A stretch of 62,402 nt of DNA, the filler included, from an uncultured bacterium (GTDB lineage Bacteria > CAYJOG01), in assembly GCA_964371695.1 (NCBI GenBank). It is 32 parts of 32 records of this genome, joined end to end, with 100 filler letters (N's around TTAATTAATTAA, not from the genome) between each part and the next. Parts side by side here need not be neighbours in the genome. Positions count along the whole stretch, not along the records: positions 1 to 1,952 come from CAYJOG010000598.1; positions 2,053 to 4,001 come from CAYJOG010000599.1; positions 4,102 to 6,042 come from CAYJOG010000600.1; positions 6,143 to 8,075 come from CAYJOG010000601.1; positions 8,176 to 10,089 come from CAYJOG010000602.1; 27 more parts are not named here. One strand, 5' to 3'. A program made the position numbers and the translations under genes. Every line of letters begins with the position of its first letter. Position 1 is the stretch's first letter. Below, one piece after another: positions 1 to 9,296 of the stretch. The notes below the pieces were generated by a model. It had not been told where the DNA came from. It did not search any database and saw only the letters and a list, made by a program, of their open reading frames with translations.

Positions 1-1605
1 CACCAGCAGCGTGCCGTTTTTGGGTGTGGCCACGGTGAGGGTGAAGTCTCCCTGCTGTTTGCCTTTTTCAAGGCGGCGGATGACCTGTGTGGCGGTCTGG
101 CCCTTGAGGCCGTGGTGGATCACGAGGTCCACGCCGTCGGCGGCGGGGTGGCGCACACTCACCACAATCCTGAGCGTGCCGGTGGCGGAAGTGGCGCCGG
201 TGAGGTCCACCCCCACGGCGGGAGGAATGTTCTGGTTACCCAGAAAATCGCGGGCGGCCTTCAGGTTCAGGCGGCTCCCGGTCTGGCCCGCCACGGGTGT
301 GCCGGTGGCTTTGAAGGCGGCAAGGGCGTTTTCAACAGAAAGCCCCGGCACGGCGGCCATCAGCAGCGTCAGGCTGCCCGCCGCCAGGGCGCTGGCCCCG
401 CTGGTGCCCGAAATGCGCCGGAAACCCCCCGCCCCGTCCAGACCTGTCAGGGCCTCGCCGGGGGCGAAAAGCGCCACCTGCGGGCCAAAATTGCTGGCGG
501 GGGCGATCGCGTCGTTCATGTCCACGGCCCCCACGGCCAGCACGCCTTTCAGCCCCACGGGCAACACACCCGTGGCGTCCTTGCCCTCGTTGCCCGCGCT
601 CGTGACCACCACCAAACCCCGCTGCTGCAAAAGCGTGGTGGCGTTTTCAATCAGGCGGCGGGTGAGGGTGTCCTTGGGGCGGATGTTCAGCGGCAGATGG
701 ATCACCTGGGCTTTTTTGTCAGCCGCCGCCCACACCAGCGCCGAGACAATGGCCGACACCGGGCATTCTCCTTTGGCGTTGCACACCCGCAAGCTCTGCA
801 CCCGGCAGCCGGGGCACACGCCAGAGGCCCCCAGGCCGTTGTCTGCGCCGCCCGCCAGCAGGCCCGCCATGGCGGTGCCGTGGCCGTTTTCGTCTTGGCC
901 GGTGGGGGTTTTATCCACAAACGACGGCCCAGCCAGCACACGGCCCGAAAGCTCCGGGTGGGTCGCCATCACGCCGGTGTCCAGCAGGGTGATGGTGGGC
1001 GACAGCGCGGCGTGGTTGTTTTCCTCCAGCCAGGGCCAGGCCTGAATCTGCTCCAGAGCCTGTCGATCCTGACCGTCTGCGGCGGAAAAGGCCGGGTCAT
1101 TGAACACGCCAGAGAGACCCATCACGGCATTGGGGGCCGCCTCCACACCCGCCGCCGACAGTTTGGCCGCCAGTTCACCCGGCGTCGCGCCCGCGGTGTC
1201 CAGCACCGCCACGCCCAGTTCGGGGAACGCAGCAATCACCTTCAGGCCGTGGGCCTGGGCCAGAGACTCGGCGCTGGCGGCGCGCCCAGTGGTCTGGGGC
1301 AGACTCACCCACACCTGACCCGACACCACCGGGCCATACACGGCGTCGTTCACCACGCGGGTGTTTTCCAGTTGCAACTCACCAGCGGTGGGGGCCTCTG
1401 CCGCCAGTGGGGTGGAGGCCGATGTGTCCGACGCGCCGGCGGCCAGGGCTGGCTGGGCGGGAACCGCCGGGCCGCTGAGGGGCGCGCCTTTTTTGCCCCC
1501 CCCGCCGCAACCGGCGAACAGGGCCGCCGCCAGAATGAGCCACAAATGGTTTTTGTGGATGCGCGGGGGCGCGAACAGACCACAGATGAGCTGTTTGCTC
1601 TGCAT
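1..1605 (-). CDS. S8 (subtilisin-like) serine peptidase lipoprotein, 3'-truncated; absent from the ORF track
   Basis: Manual minus-strand translation from ATG 1605 (AGGAGG at 1611-1616): lipobox LFAGC, then LLDTG, NGHGT, SAGNEG and SGTSGAS catalytic motifs; frame open to the window edge. Confidence 0.9.
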   Translation of the reverse strand, partial: MQSKQLICGLFAPPRIHKNHLWLILAAALFAGCGGGGKKGAPLSGPAVPAQPALAAGASDTSASTPLAAEAPTAGELQLENTRVVNDAVYGPVVSGQVWVSLPQTTGRAASAESLAQAHGLKVIAAFPELGVAVLDTAGATPGELAAKLSAAGVEAAPNAVMGLSGVFNDPAFSAADGQDRQALEQIQAWPWLEENNHAALSPTITLLDTGVMATHPELSGRVLAGPSFVDKTPTGQDENGHGTAMAGLLAGGADNGLGASGVCPGCRVQSLRVCNAKGECPVSAIVSALVWAAADKKAQVIHLPLNIRPKDTLTRRLIENATTLLQQRGLVVVTSAGNEGKDATGVLPVGLKGVLAVGAVDMNDAIAPASNFGPQVALFAPGEALTGLDGAGGFRRISGTSGASALAAGSLTLLMAAVPGLSVENALAAFKATGTPVAGQTGSRLNLKAARDFLGNQNIPPAVGVDLTGATSATGTLRIVVSVRHPAADGVDLVIHHGLKGQTATQVIRRLEKGKQQGDFTLTVATPKNGTLLV

Positions 1606-1770
1606 GAGAGCCTCCTGACGGAATCTTGCATGGCGTCCTGGCTATTCGCTGCGCCACGCCACTGATGTCTTTGTCACAATTCCCGTACAGTTGTATTCGG
1701 CAACTTGCCGCCGAAGTTTTTACCCTTTTTGTGATTTACCGCACAGTGGAAGAGTGATGGAGCGACTTTC

Positions 1771-1911
1771 ACGGCGACGGGGGCGTCGCCCGTGGCTACT
1801 CGCCCCACCAGAAAAAATCTAAGGAGTAGGCGCGGTGTCCACACCGCGCAAAAACCAAAACAAAATCAGGGGTTTCTGCTCTTGGCGGCGACGGGGGCGG
1901 CGCCGCTACTC
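1771..1911. repeat. Cluster of GTAG-type REP-like palindromes including an inverted doublet (1824-1911)
   Basis: GAGTAG-GCGCGGTG-tcca-CACCGCGC ... CGGCG-acgggggcgg-CGCCG-CTACTC; related copy inside prmC (50223-50284). Confidence 0.8.
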
Positions 1912-1952
1912 AGACAAGCCTGACAGCAATGGGCATCTTGTTGGGGGCGCAG

Positions 1953-2052
1953 NNNNNNNNNNNNNNNNNNNNNNNNNNNNNNNNNNNNNNNNNNNNTTAA
2001 TTAATTAANNNNNNNNNNNNNNNNNNNNNNNNNNNNNNNNNNNNNNNNNNNN
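1953..2052. other. Artificial contig linker (first of 31)
   Basis: N44-TTAATTAATTAA-N44 with stops in all six frames; recurs at 4002, 6043, 8076, 10090 ... 60531; contigs sorted by decreasing length. Confidence 0.99.
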
Positions 2053-2733
2053 GTCCAGCACACAGTCCAGGCAGTGGTGATGCTTCGCGCCCCGGCTCTC
2101 TGCCGCGCCGCCGCCCTGTGTCACGGAAAGCAACAGCGCCTGTTCCGGTTTTTCAAAAACACAGGGGGGCAGGGGGGTGTCTTCGTGAAATCGCACAGGG
2201 ATGTCCTGGGGTAACAGTTGGGCCTGTAGGTCCAATGCTTTTTGCGCCACGGCCGTCGGCTCACCCGTCTTCAGAGACAACACCACGCCCTGCGGGTGCA
2301 GGGCGTGGGTGCGCAGAAAATCCGCCAGTTGATGCAGATGTTGATCGTGGCTGGCCAGCAGCGGCAGGGTGAGGGAATAAGGGACGGCGTGACGCTGAAG
2401 GTTCCGGGCCGCCTTTAGCCAGATGTCAAAAACACCGGGGCGCTGGGTGAGCGCCTCGAAACTTTCCATGGCGGCGGCGGGCAGCAGCAGGCGCAGGTCC
2501 AGGGGCAGCAGGGGTTTGAGTTGCTGCACGTTGCGGCCATAAGCCAGCAGCAGGCCGTTGGTTTCCAGAATCAGTTTCTGGCCGCTGGATTTTTTTTGTT
2601 CCATCCATTGGAACAGTTCGGGATGCAGGAGTGGCTCGCCGCCGCCAAACAAGGTCAGGTCACGGCCCAGGCGCTGCATCAGCGGCCCGGTGCGCTGGTC
2701 ACAAAAAACACAGGCCAGGTTGCAGGCTGTCAT
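2053..2733 (-). CDS. Radical SAM protein, 3'-truncated (possibly HxsC-like, Cys-rich C-terminus)
   Basis: CNLACVFC (CxxxCxxC), GGGEPLLH, ETNG, PLPPC and C-terminal KHHHCLDC; the frame is open a further ~18 codons upstream (SWIRIG), so the start is uncertain. Confidence 0.8.
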
Positions 2734-2817
2734 GCCAATTCTAATCCAAGACGACAGGAATCCGCCGGAGGGGGCGACAGCCAGGAATTAATGATGGAAC
2801 CAGGAAGGGGAGAAGAG

Positions 2818-3078
2818 AATTGGTATGAATTCATGGATGAATTCGACCCGAACATCAAGGCCCCACGCGACAGGATGTCGTGTGAAGGCCGCCGAGGGGG
2901 CTTGGCCCCCGAAGGCGGCGATTCCAAAAGTTCAGGAGAACTTATGGAACAACCTTGTGGGCCGCCGATGTTTGCGGCGCAAGCAGGCTTTGCCTGCGCC
3001 GCGCCGGGCCGCAGCCGTTCACGACGAACGGCAAGGCCAAATAAAAGATTCCAATTCCCGCTACCTGGAATTGGAATC
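2818..3078 (+). repeat. Multi-hairpin dispersed repeat, family C (long copy)
   Basis: Shares AATTGGTATGAATTCATGGATGAATTCGACCCGAAC and GGGCCGCCGATGTT-GCGGCGCAAGCAGGCTTTGCCTGCGCCG with 24216-24394 (-). Confidence 0.85.
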
Positions 3079-3203
3079 GATATCGCTGGAGAAGTTTTTG
3101 AATCCGGTATTGGAACCTGCTCGGTCAGAGCCATGCTTCAAAGCTAACACAAAGGTTAAAAAACCGGCACAAGAATGTTCCGCAAATATGATAAAAAGGG
3201 CGC

Positions 3204-3644
3204 GTGAGCGAAGGGCGCGACATCGTGACGGTGCAGGGCATGCCCGGATTCTGGGAAGTGCTGGAAGAAAAGGGAGAGAAGCTGGTGTTGCTGCGGGGTG
3301 GTTTGCGGCTGGAGGTGGGCGCTGCGGCCATCCTGAGCCGCAGGCGCGCCCAGGCCGGGCCGCCGGCCCCGGCGGCTGTGCAACACGCCGCCCTGCTGCC
3401 TGCGGCGGTGGACACCATGCTGGACCTGCACGGCATGAGGGTGGAAGAAGCTCTGAAAAACCTCGAAAAATTTCTGGACGACGCCCGGGCCGCAGGGCAT
3501 GAGTCCGTGGTGGTGATTCACGGCCACGGCACCCGCACACTGGAAAAAGCTGTGAAGCACTGGTTGAAACAGCACGGCTTCGACAGCGTGCCCCACCAGC
3601 TCAGCCGCCGGGGATTCACCAGTCAGAAGGTGCGCCTTGGCTGA
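3204..3644 (+). CDS. Smr-domain protein (MutS2 C-terminal KOW-like + Smr, standalone)
   Basis: LDLHGMRVEEAL, VVIHGHGT; N-terminal GRDIVTV segment is KOW-like. Confidence 0.85.
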   Translation: MSEGRDIVTVQGMPGFWEVLEEKGEKLVLLRGGLRLEVGAAAILSRRRAQAGPPAPAAVQHAALLPAAVDTMLDLHGMRVEEALKNLEKFLDDARAAGHESVVVIHGHGTRTLEKAVKHWLKQHGFDSVPHQLSRRGFTSQKVRLG

Positions 3645-4001
3645 GGCGGCGCAGAAACTTCTGCTGCTCACCGGCCCCACCGCCAGCGGCAAAACCTGGG
3701 CGGCGGTGCAGGCGGCGGGGGAACTGCCGCTGGAAGCCCTCAGCGCTGATTCCCGTCAGGTTTACCGGGGGCTGGACGTGGGCACCGCCAAACCCACGGC
3801 AGCAGAGCAGGCAAAGCTGACACACCATCTGGTGGATTTTCTGGAGGCCCACGAAACCTTCAGCGCGGGGGCTTTTCTGGGTGAAGCCAAAAAGCTGGTG
3901 CCGCAGATTCTGGAACGGGAAAGTCTGCCGGTGGTGGTGGGGGGCACGGGCATGTACCTGCGGGCTTTTTTGCAGGGTTACGGATTTGGCCAGGCAGAGG
4001 G
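3637..4001 (+). CDS. miaA: tRNA dimethylallyltransferase, 3'-truncated
   Basis: GPTASGKT, SADSRQVYRGLDVGTAKP, VVGGTGMY. Confidence 0.96.
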
Positions 4002-4140
4002 NNNNNNNNNNNNNNNNNNNNNNNNNNNNNNNNNNNNNNNNNNNNTTAATTAATTAANNNNNNNNNNNNNNNNNNNNNNNNNNNNNNNNNNNNNNNNNNN
4101 NGGGGCAGAAAGAATCAGACTTTTTTCAAAAGTTCTCATT

Positions 4141-4206
4141 CCCCCTCACCCGCCTCGGGTTTCGCTTCGCTCAACCTTCGGCTGCCCTCTCCCTCAGGGA
4201 GAGGGC
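4141..4206 (+). repeat. CCCTCACC...CCCTCTCCC-GGGAGAGGG palindrome, family D
   Basis: Same motif at 25812, 29062/29310, 47496, 48716 and about 8410. Confidence 0.75.
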
Positions 4207-4337
4207 AAAAAAAGCTCTTATTTCGTCCACGTCTACTCCGAAAATGCGCTTAGCCCCCGAAGCAGGAATGACGGCGGTGTGGGGCACCGCCGTTTCTCCT
4301 GTTGATGGGGTGAGGCGAAACCTGTCCGCCCTGAAAA

Positions 4338-4973
4338 TTACTCCGGCGCGACACCCGCCAGGGCGGCTTCCATGTCGGCTTTGGCCTGGGTTTCGTCTGC
4401 CTTGGTCCCGGCTTTTTTCTTGCGGTTTTTCAGTTCGTAGTCCTGGGCGAACTGGGGTTTGATTTCGCCGTTTGTGTCCAGCAACCATTCCATGGCGTGG
4501 CGTTCCGGCACGCGCACCTTCTCAATGTTTTCATTGGTGCCAAAAAGCATGTCCCACACCGGGCTGGTGACGCCGTGGTTGGATTTGGGGCTGTTGAAGT
4601 GGTGCGAGAAGTGATGTTTGCGCGCCCAGCGGGCATAGGCGTTTTTGGGCTCCACCACGTGCAGGCGGCGGTGCAGCACTTCATAACCGGCGTAGCCCCC
4701 GGTGAGGCCAGCGGCATAGGCCAGGCCCCGGCGCGGGCCAAACAGCAGCGATGCCACCACCGCGGCACCAGTCACCACGGGCACCGACGCCTTGATTTTT
4801 TCTTCGGCGGGCGAGAAATAATCCTTTTCGGCGTGGTGGTGAATGTGCTCTTCGTGGAACTTTTCGGCGAATGCGCCGCTTCCTTTTTTTTCGTGCCCTA
4901 CAAAGCGGTGCAGGGTGTATTCCATCAGCGTCCATGTGGCCGCCCCGGCAGAAAAATAAGCGAGTGTATTCAT
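4338..4973 (-). CDS. Sterol desaturase / fatty acid hydroxylase family protein
   Basis: His boxes EYTLHRFVGH, HIHHH, YEVLHRRLH, HHFSHH, NHGVTSPVWD. Confidence 0.92.
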   Translation of the reverse strand: MNTLAYFSAGAATWTLMEYTLHRFVGHEKKGSGAFAEKFHEEHIHHHAEKDYFSPAEEKIKASVPVVTGAAVVASLLFGPRRGLAYAAGLTGGYAGYEVLHRRLHVVEPKNAYARWARKHHFSHHFNSPKSNHGVTSPVWDMLFGTNENIEKVRVPERHAMEWLLDTNGEIKPQFAQDYELKNRKKKAGTKADETQAKADMEAALAGVAPE

Positions 4974-5767
4974 GGTGTTGCCTCCTTAATGGGGTGTGTT
5001 TTTTGTTCCGAAACAAGAGAGGTGACAGAGGGCAGGGCGTTGAAACCGGAGCGCCATGGGTCAGAGGCCAGAATGCCCAGCACTTCAGCGAGCACCTCGG
5101 GGCTGGCTCCCCAGCCCAGCAGCAGCGTTTGCATCAGGCTCTGGCGCAGGGCGGCTTCGGGGAAAAGGGCCATGCGGCGGGAGATGATTTTTCTCACCTG
5201 AAACAGGCCGTGCAGGGCCGACCAGAACAACACCGCCCGCTCCAGCGCATTGCCGGGCAAAAGCGCCTCCGCGCGGGCGGCGTTTTCCAGCACGCTGGTG
5301 ATTTCGACAAACAAGGCCGTGGCCTTGGGCAGCAGGGCCGAGAACTGTTCTTCGGGCATCACGTCCTTGGGGTCAGAGACCAACTGGTTCACCAGCAGAA
5401 AATGCCCCGGTGAGCGGTGAGCCATGGCCTCAAACGCCTCGGCCATGGCCAGCACCCGCAGCAGCGCCCGGCCCTGGTCCGACACCGGCCCGGTCCAGGC
5501 CTGGCCAAAAGACTGGGCCTGGTTCAACTCGCCTCGGAACACCTCAATGGCCTGAGATTCCAGCTCGGCCAGCAGGGCGGTGCGCGAGGGAAAGTAACGA
5601 TAAAGGGCCGCCACGGCGTAATTCAGCCGGTCGGCTACCTTGTGAAGCGAAAAGCCCTCCAGGCCATCGCTGCGCAGCAGGTCCATGGCGGTGCTGAGCA
5701 CCCGTTCGCGGCGATCGAGGCGATTTTGCCGACGTTTGGGGCTTAATTTCTCCAGGGCCTGAACCAT
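4970..5767 (-). CDS. TetR/AcrR family transcriptional regulator
   Basis: N-terminal HTH GLEGFSLHKVADRLNYAVAALYRYFPSR; WSALHG; stop overlaps the desaturase ATG. Confidence 0.93.
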   Translation of the reverse strand: MVQALEKLSPKRRQNRLDRRERVLSTAMDLLRSDGLEGFSLHKVADRLNYAVAALYRYFPSRTALLAELESQAIEVFRGELNQAQSFGQAWTGPVSDQGRALLRVLAMAEAFEAMAHRSPGHFLLVNQLVSDPKDVMPEEQFSALLPKATALFVEITSVLENAARAEALLPGNALERAVLFWSALHGLFQVRKIISRRMALFPEAALRQSLMQTLLLGWGASPEVLAEVLGILASDPWRSGFNALPSVTSLVSEQKTHPIKEATP

Positions 5768-5774
5768 GAAACTT

Positions 5775-5803
5775 ATTGTGAATAGTGTTCACTATTTTGT
5801 CAA
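5775..5803 (-). promoter_or_regulatory. sigma70 promoter of tetR with palindromic operator in the spacer
   Basis: TTGACA (5803-5798), 17-nt spacer containing AATAGTG-aa-CACTATT, CACAAT (5780-5775), 7 nt, ATG. Confidence 0.75.
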
Positions 5804-5890
5804 GCAGGTTTTTTTTCTTCTTTTTTTACCCGCTTGATGGCCCTAGCCTTGGGGCATGGCCCCGCCGGAATTGTTGAAATCCCTTGAATC

Positions 5891-6042
5891 TGTTTTAAAA
5901 GTCCCTCGTGGACTTTTAAAACCCAACGCCTTCGGGGGCAAAGCCCCCTTGGCGTGGCAAAAACCGGCGTTTTTTCAAAACGCCGGTTTTCGGATGCGGG
6001 CGCTATCGCCTTTGCTCGGCCAGATGCCCCAATGGGCATCTG
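5891..6042 (+). repeat. Multi-hairpin dispersed repeat, family B (intergenic copy, runs to contig end)
   Basis: TTTTAAAAGTCC-N5-GGACTTTTAAAA, GGGGGCAAAGCCCCC, AAAACCGGCG...CGCCGGTTTT, CAGATGCCC-caat-GGGCATCTG; related at 21944-22051, 35714-35748, 38299-38421. Confidence 0.85.
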
Positions 6043-6210
6043 NNNNNNNNNNNNNNNNNNNNNNNNNNNNNNNNNNNNNNNNNNNNTTAATTAATTAANN
6101 NNNNNNNNNNNNNNNNNNNNNNNNNNNNNNNNNNNNNNNNNNGGCCAGGGAAACCTCCCTTAAGGCAAAAATTGAGAGCCATTCAGCGGGCATCCTATTA
6201 AAATACAACC

Positions 6211-7203
6211 ATGCCTAGTGTCCGATTACGATTTACCGCCCTGGGGCTGACTTGCGCCCTCGCACTGGCGCAGGGCGGGGCCGCCCGCGCCGAGACCTAC
6301 AGAATGGTCATCGGCACCGCCAAGGACATGAGCGGTGTGAGCAAAGACAGCCTCACCCAATCCCTGCAATCGCTCTTTGACATCGTGAAGAAAAAAACCG
6401 GCATCGAGGTGAAGCTGGAATATGTCGGCTCCTACGCCGACACCACCAAAGGCAAATACGGCGGCTCGTTTGTGAACGAGGAAATCCTGCGGCGGTTCAA
6501 GGCGGGCACAGGGGATTTCGCCTTTTGGGGGCCAGACAGCCTGCACAAGGCAGAAATGGCGGGCTTGAAGCTGCTGCCGCTGGCCTCGTTCACGGTCAAC
6601 CACAAAAAGCTGGGCGAAGAATGCATTTATGTCAAAAAAGGCGGGCTCTATCAAAAGGCCGCCGATCTCAAGGGCAAAAAGATCAACAATGCCACGGCTT
6701 ATCTGGAGGTGCGTCAGGCGCTGTTCAACGCCGGTGTGAACATGCCGCTGGACAAATTTTTTGGCGAGTTTCAGTTCAACAGCAACTGGTCGGCCTCTAT
6801 GGATGAAGTGCTGGCGGGCAAGCTGGACGCAGTTTATCTGGGTTACAGCCTCTATTACTTCTCCATGAAACAGAAACCCGTTTACAGAAATCTTGTGCCC
6901 ATCGCCTGCACCAACAACTATCCCATGATGATGCTGGTGATGCGCCCTGGCCTGGACCAGAAAAAGTTCGACAACGTGAAAATGATCCTGGCCAATGCGC
7001 ACCGCGACCCGGAGTTCAGGCCCTTCAAATGGTTTTTCATGGCCATCAACGGCGAGTTTTTTACCGTGCCGCCCGATTATCTGGACGGTTACCGCAAAAT
7101 GCTTCAGGCCGCCGCCGCCCGTGGCTGGCTCAAAGAGCAGCAGGCTTGGGACAACGGTGGCATGACCGCGCTGTGGAAAAAGTGGCTGGCGAAAAAGCCT
7201 TGA
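6211..7203 (+). CDS. PhnD/SsuA-like periplasmic substrate-binding protein
   Basis: Signal peptide; ADLKGKKI and VLAGKLDAV motifs typical of type II periplasmic binding proteins. Confidence 0.75.
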   Translation: MPSVRLRFTALGLTCALALAQGGAARAETYRMVIGTAKDMSGVSKDSLTQSLQSLFDIVKKKTGIEVKLEYVGSYADTTKGKYGGSFVNEEILRRFKAGTGDFAFWGPDSLHKAEMAGLKLLPLASFTVNHKKLGEECIYVKKGGLYQKAADLKGKKINNATAYLEVRQALFNAGVNMPLDKFFGEFQFNSNWSASMDEVLAGKLDAVYLGYSLYYFSMKQKPVYRNLVPIACTNNYPMMMLVMRPGLDQKKFDNVKMILANAHRDPEFRPFKWFFMAINGEFFTVPPDYLDGYRKMLQAAAARGWLKEQQAWDNGGMTALWKKWLAKKP

Positions 7204-8069
7204 GCCACGCCCGGCCATCGGTGGAAGTGATTTCGCAAACCGTGGCGGGCCATGTGCTGGTGTCGCCCGTGCGTCTGAGGGGCACTGGGGTGTTCACCGG
7301 CCAGCCCTGCCGGTTGCTGCTGGAGTCGGGCGAGCCGGGCGGCGGCGTGGTGCTGGTGCTGGGGGGAGACGCCGTGGCCGCCGTGGCGGAAAACGCACGG
7401 GATTACCCCAACTGCTCTGGGCTGGCCGGGAAAAACACTTCGGTGCTGCTGGTGGAACATCTGCTGAGTGCGCTGTTTGGCTTGGGTGTGTTCGACGCCA
7501 GGGTGACGGTGGAGGGGCCGGAGATTCCGCTGTGGGATGGCTCGGCGTTGCCTTTTGTGAAAAAACTGCAACCGCGCCTGAAGGCGGTGCGCACCAAAAG
7601 AAAAGTGGTGCGCCTGCTGTCGCCTTTTGAGGTGTCCCTTGATAACAAGGCCGGTGCGCTGGCTTTTTCGCCGGGCAGGGGATTTGCCGCCAGTTATCAG
7701 TTGGATTACGACGAACCCCCTTTTCACCAGCGGGCCAAATTTGCGGGCGCGCCGCAAAAATATGCCGCCAGCGTGGCGCCGGCGCGCACGTTCATCGGTG
7801 AGGATCAGGCCCTGCGGCTGAGGGCGGCGGGCATTCTCAAAGGAGGCAGCCGCCGCAACGCCGTGGTGCTGACCGAAAAAAATCTGCCCGCCATGGCCTG
7901 GCGTGTGCCGCAAGAGGCCGCCCAGCACAAGATTCTGGACCTGATGGGCGATCTGGCATTGGTGGGCGCGCCGCTGTGGATGACGTTGGCGGCCCGACAC
8001 ACCGGCCACGCCGAAAACCGCCTGGCGGCTTCGCTGATACGCCAGTCGGCGCGCAAAAAGGGTCTCTGA
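7200..8069 (+). CDS. lpxC: UDP-3-O-acyl-N-acetylglucosamine deacetylase
   Basis: GTGVFTG, VEHLLSAL, EIPLWDGSALPF, APARTF, HKILDLMGDL, GH; TTG start overlapping the upstream stop. Confidence 0.93.
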   Translation: MSHARPSVEVISQTVAGHVLVSPVRLRGTGVFTGQPCRLLLESGEPGGGVVLVLGGDAVAAVAENARDYPNCSGLAGKNTSVLLVEHLLSALFGLGVFDARVTVEGPEIPLWDGSALPFVKKLQPRLKAVRTKRKVVRLLSPFEVSLDNKAGALAFSPGRGFAASYQLDYDEPPFHQRAKFAGAPQKYAASVAPARTFIGEDQALRLRAAGILKGGSRRNAVVLTEKNLPAMAWRVPQEAAQHKILDLMGDLALVGAPLWMTLAARHTGHAENRLAASLIRQSARKKGL

Positions 8070-8183
8070 GTTTGGNNNNNNNNNNNNNNNNNNNNNNNNN
8101 NNNNNNNNNNNNNNNNNNNTTAATTAATTAANNNNNNNNNNNNNNNNNNNNNNNNNNNNNNNNNNNNNNNNNNNNCTGTGGTC

Positions 8184-8440
8184 TTGCCTGCGTTCATATA
8201 AAAGGCAGGCAGGATGCCTGCCCCACCAAAAGAAAACAGAAAAAGGCGTGATGTTTTTTCTTCAACTGGATTCCCGCCTTCGCGGGAATGACGACAGGGG
8301 GTTGGTTTTTTGCCTTTGAATACCCCTCGGCGCGGCAGCGCCGCTGGGCGCGCCCGGCAACATCAATATGCTGCCGCTTTCCCAAAAGACCACCCGCGCC
8401 CATTACCCCAGGCCTATCCCCATTAAAGGGGAGAGGGGGC
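8184..8440. repeat. Composite repeat island (GTGG-REP + CTGGATTCCCGCCTTCGCGGGAATGAC + family A/D on minus strand)
   Basis: Modules recur at 10306-10445, 47640-47710, 53133-53226, 62226-62366, 29062-29330. Confidence 0.85.
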
Positions 8441-9271
8441 AGGGGTTTCCCCGCCTGCCTTGCGTTCGGCTTCGCGCAGCAGGTTTTTGATGGCTTCGCG
8501 GCGTTCCTCCACCAGTTGGCTGCCGGGGTTGGGGCGCAGGCCCACATAGTCCCCGGCCAGCCGGTGCAGGTCGTCTTTGGCCAGGGGGTTGGCTCCTGCC
8601 TCCAGCAACAGGTTGATGCACTCGCGGCTCAGGCTGCGGGCGGCCTCATGCAGCGCCGTGATGCCGGACTTGGCCCGGTGGTTGGGGTTCGCGCCCGATT
8701 CCAGCAAAAAACGCACCATGTCGGTCTGGGCGTCGCCCGCCGCCAGATGCAGGGCCGTGCGACCCTCTGCGTCTTCCATGATCAGCGCCCGCCCCGGCTG
8801 GGCCAGCAACAACTGGGCCTGTTCCAGATGGCCCGCCATGGCGGCGAGATGCAAGGGGGTGTGGCCGTTTTCGTCGGGCAGGTCGGTGCGGGCCTTCCAG
8901 CGCAGCAGCAGGCGGGCGGCGGTTTGCCTGCCCACGGCGGCGGCGATGTGCAGGGGGGTCTGGCGTTTTTTGTCGCGGGCGTCCACGGGCCAGCCTTCTG
9001 AAAGCAGCAGGTTGATGAGGTCTTCGTTTTCGTAAAACACCGACAGGTGCAGGGCGGTCTGGCCGTCATCGTTGGTCCAGCCGGGGTCGGCCCCGTGGCG
9101 GATGAACTGGCGCACGGCAAACACGTCTGACTGGCGCACCGCGCTCAAAAGAGCGGTGCGGAAGGCCCCCGGCTCCTGACCCAGCACGCGCCACACCAGG
9201 GCGATTTCCCGGCCCATGGCCTCTACCTTGCGGTGCAGGCCCTGAATTTCCTCGTTGATTGGCCGGTCCAT
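8423..9271 (-). CDS. Ankyrin repeat protein
   Basis: Repeated GQTALHL, TPLHIAA, GHTPLHLAA, GRTALHLAA, GITALHEAA; probable start ATG 9271. Confidence 0.93.
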   Translation of the reverse strand: MDRPINEEIQGLHRKVEAMGREIALVWRVLGQEPGAFRTALLSAVRQSDVFAVRQFIRHGADPGWTNDDGQTALHLSVFYENEDLINLLLSEGWPVDARDKKRQTPLHIAAAVGRQTAARLLLRWKARTDLPDENGHTPLHLAAMAGHLEQAQLLLAQPGRALIMEDAEGRTALHLAAGDAQTDMVRFLLESGANPNHRAKSGITALHEAARSLSRECINLLLEAGANPLAKDDLHRLAGDYVGLRPNPGSQLVEERREAIKNLLREAERKAGGETPAPSPL

Positions 9272-9296
9272 GGCGGGCAGTCTAGCAGTGGAAAAA

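Noticed and set aside
11-1665. Long plus-strand ORFs 11..1045 and 112..1665, and similar antisense ORFs throughout the window
   Set aside because: Shadow ORFs of GC-rich genes on the opposite strand; here the real gene is the S8 peptidase on the minus strand
2521-3147. ORFs 2521..3147, 2730..3134 and 24203..24455 sharing peptides such as ENWYEFMDEFDPN
   Set aside because: Translations of the family C DNA repeat; no RBS, coding bias or recognisable domain
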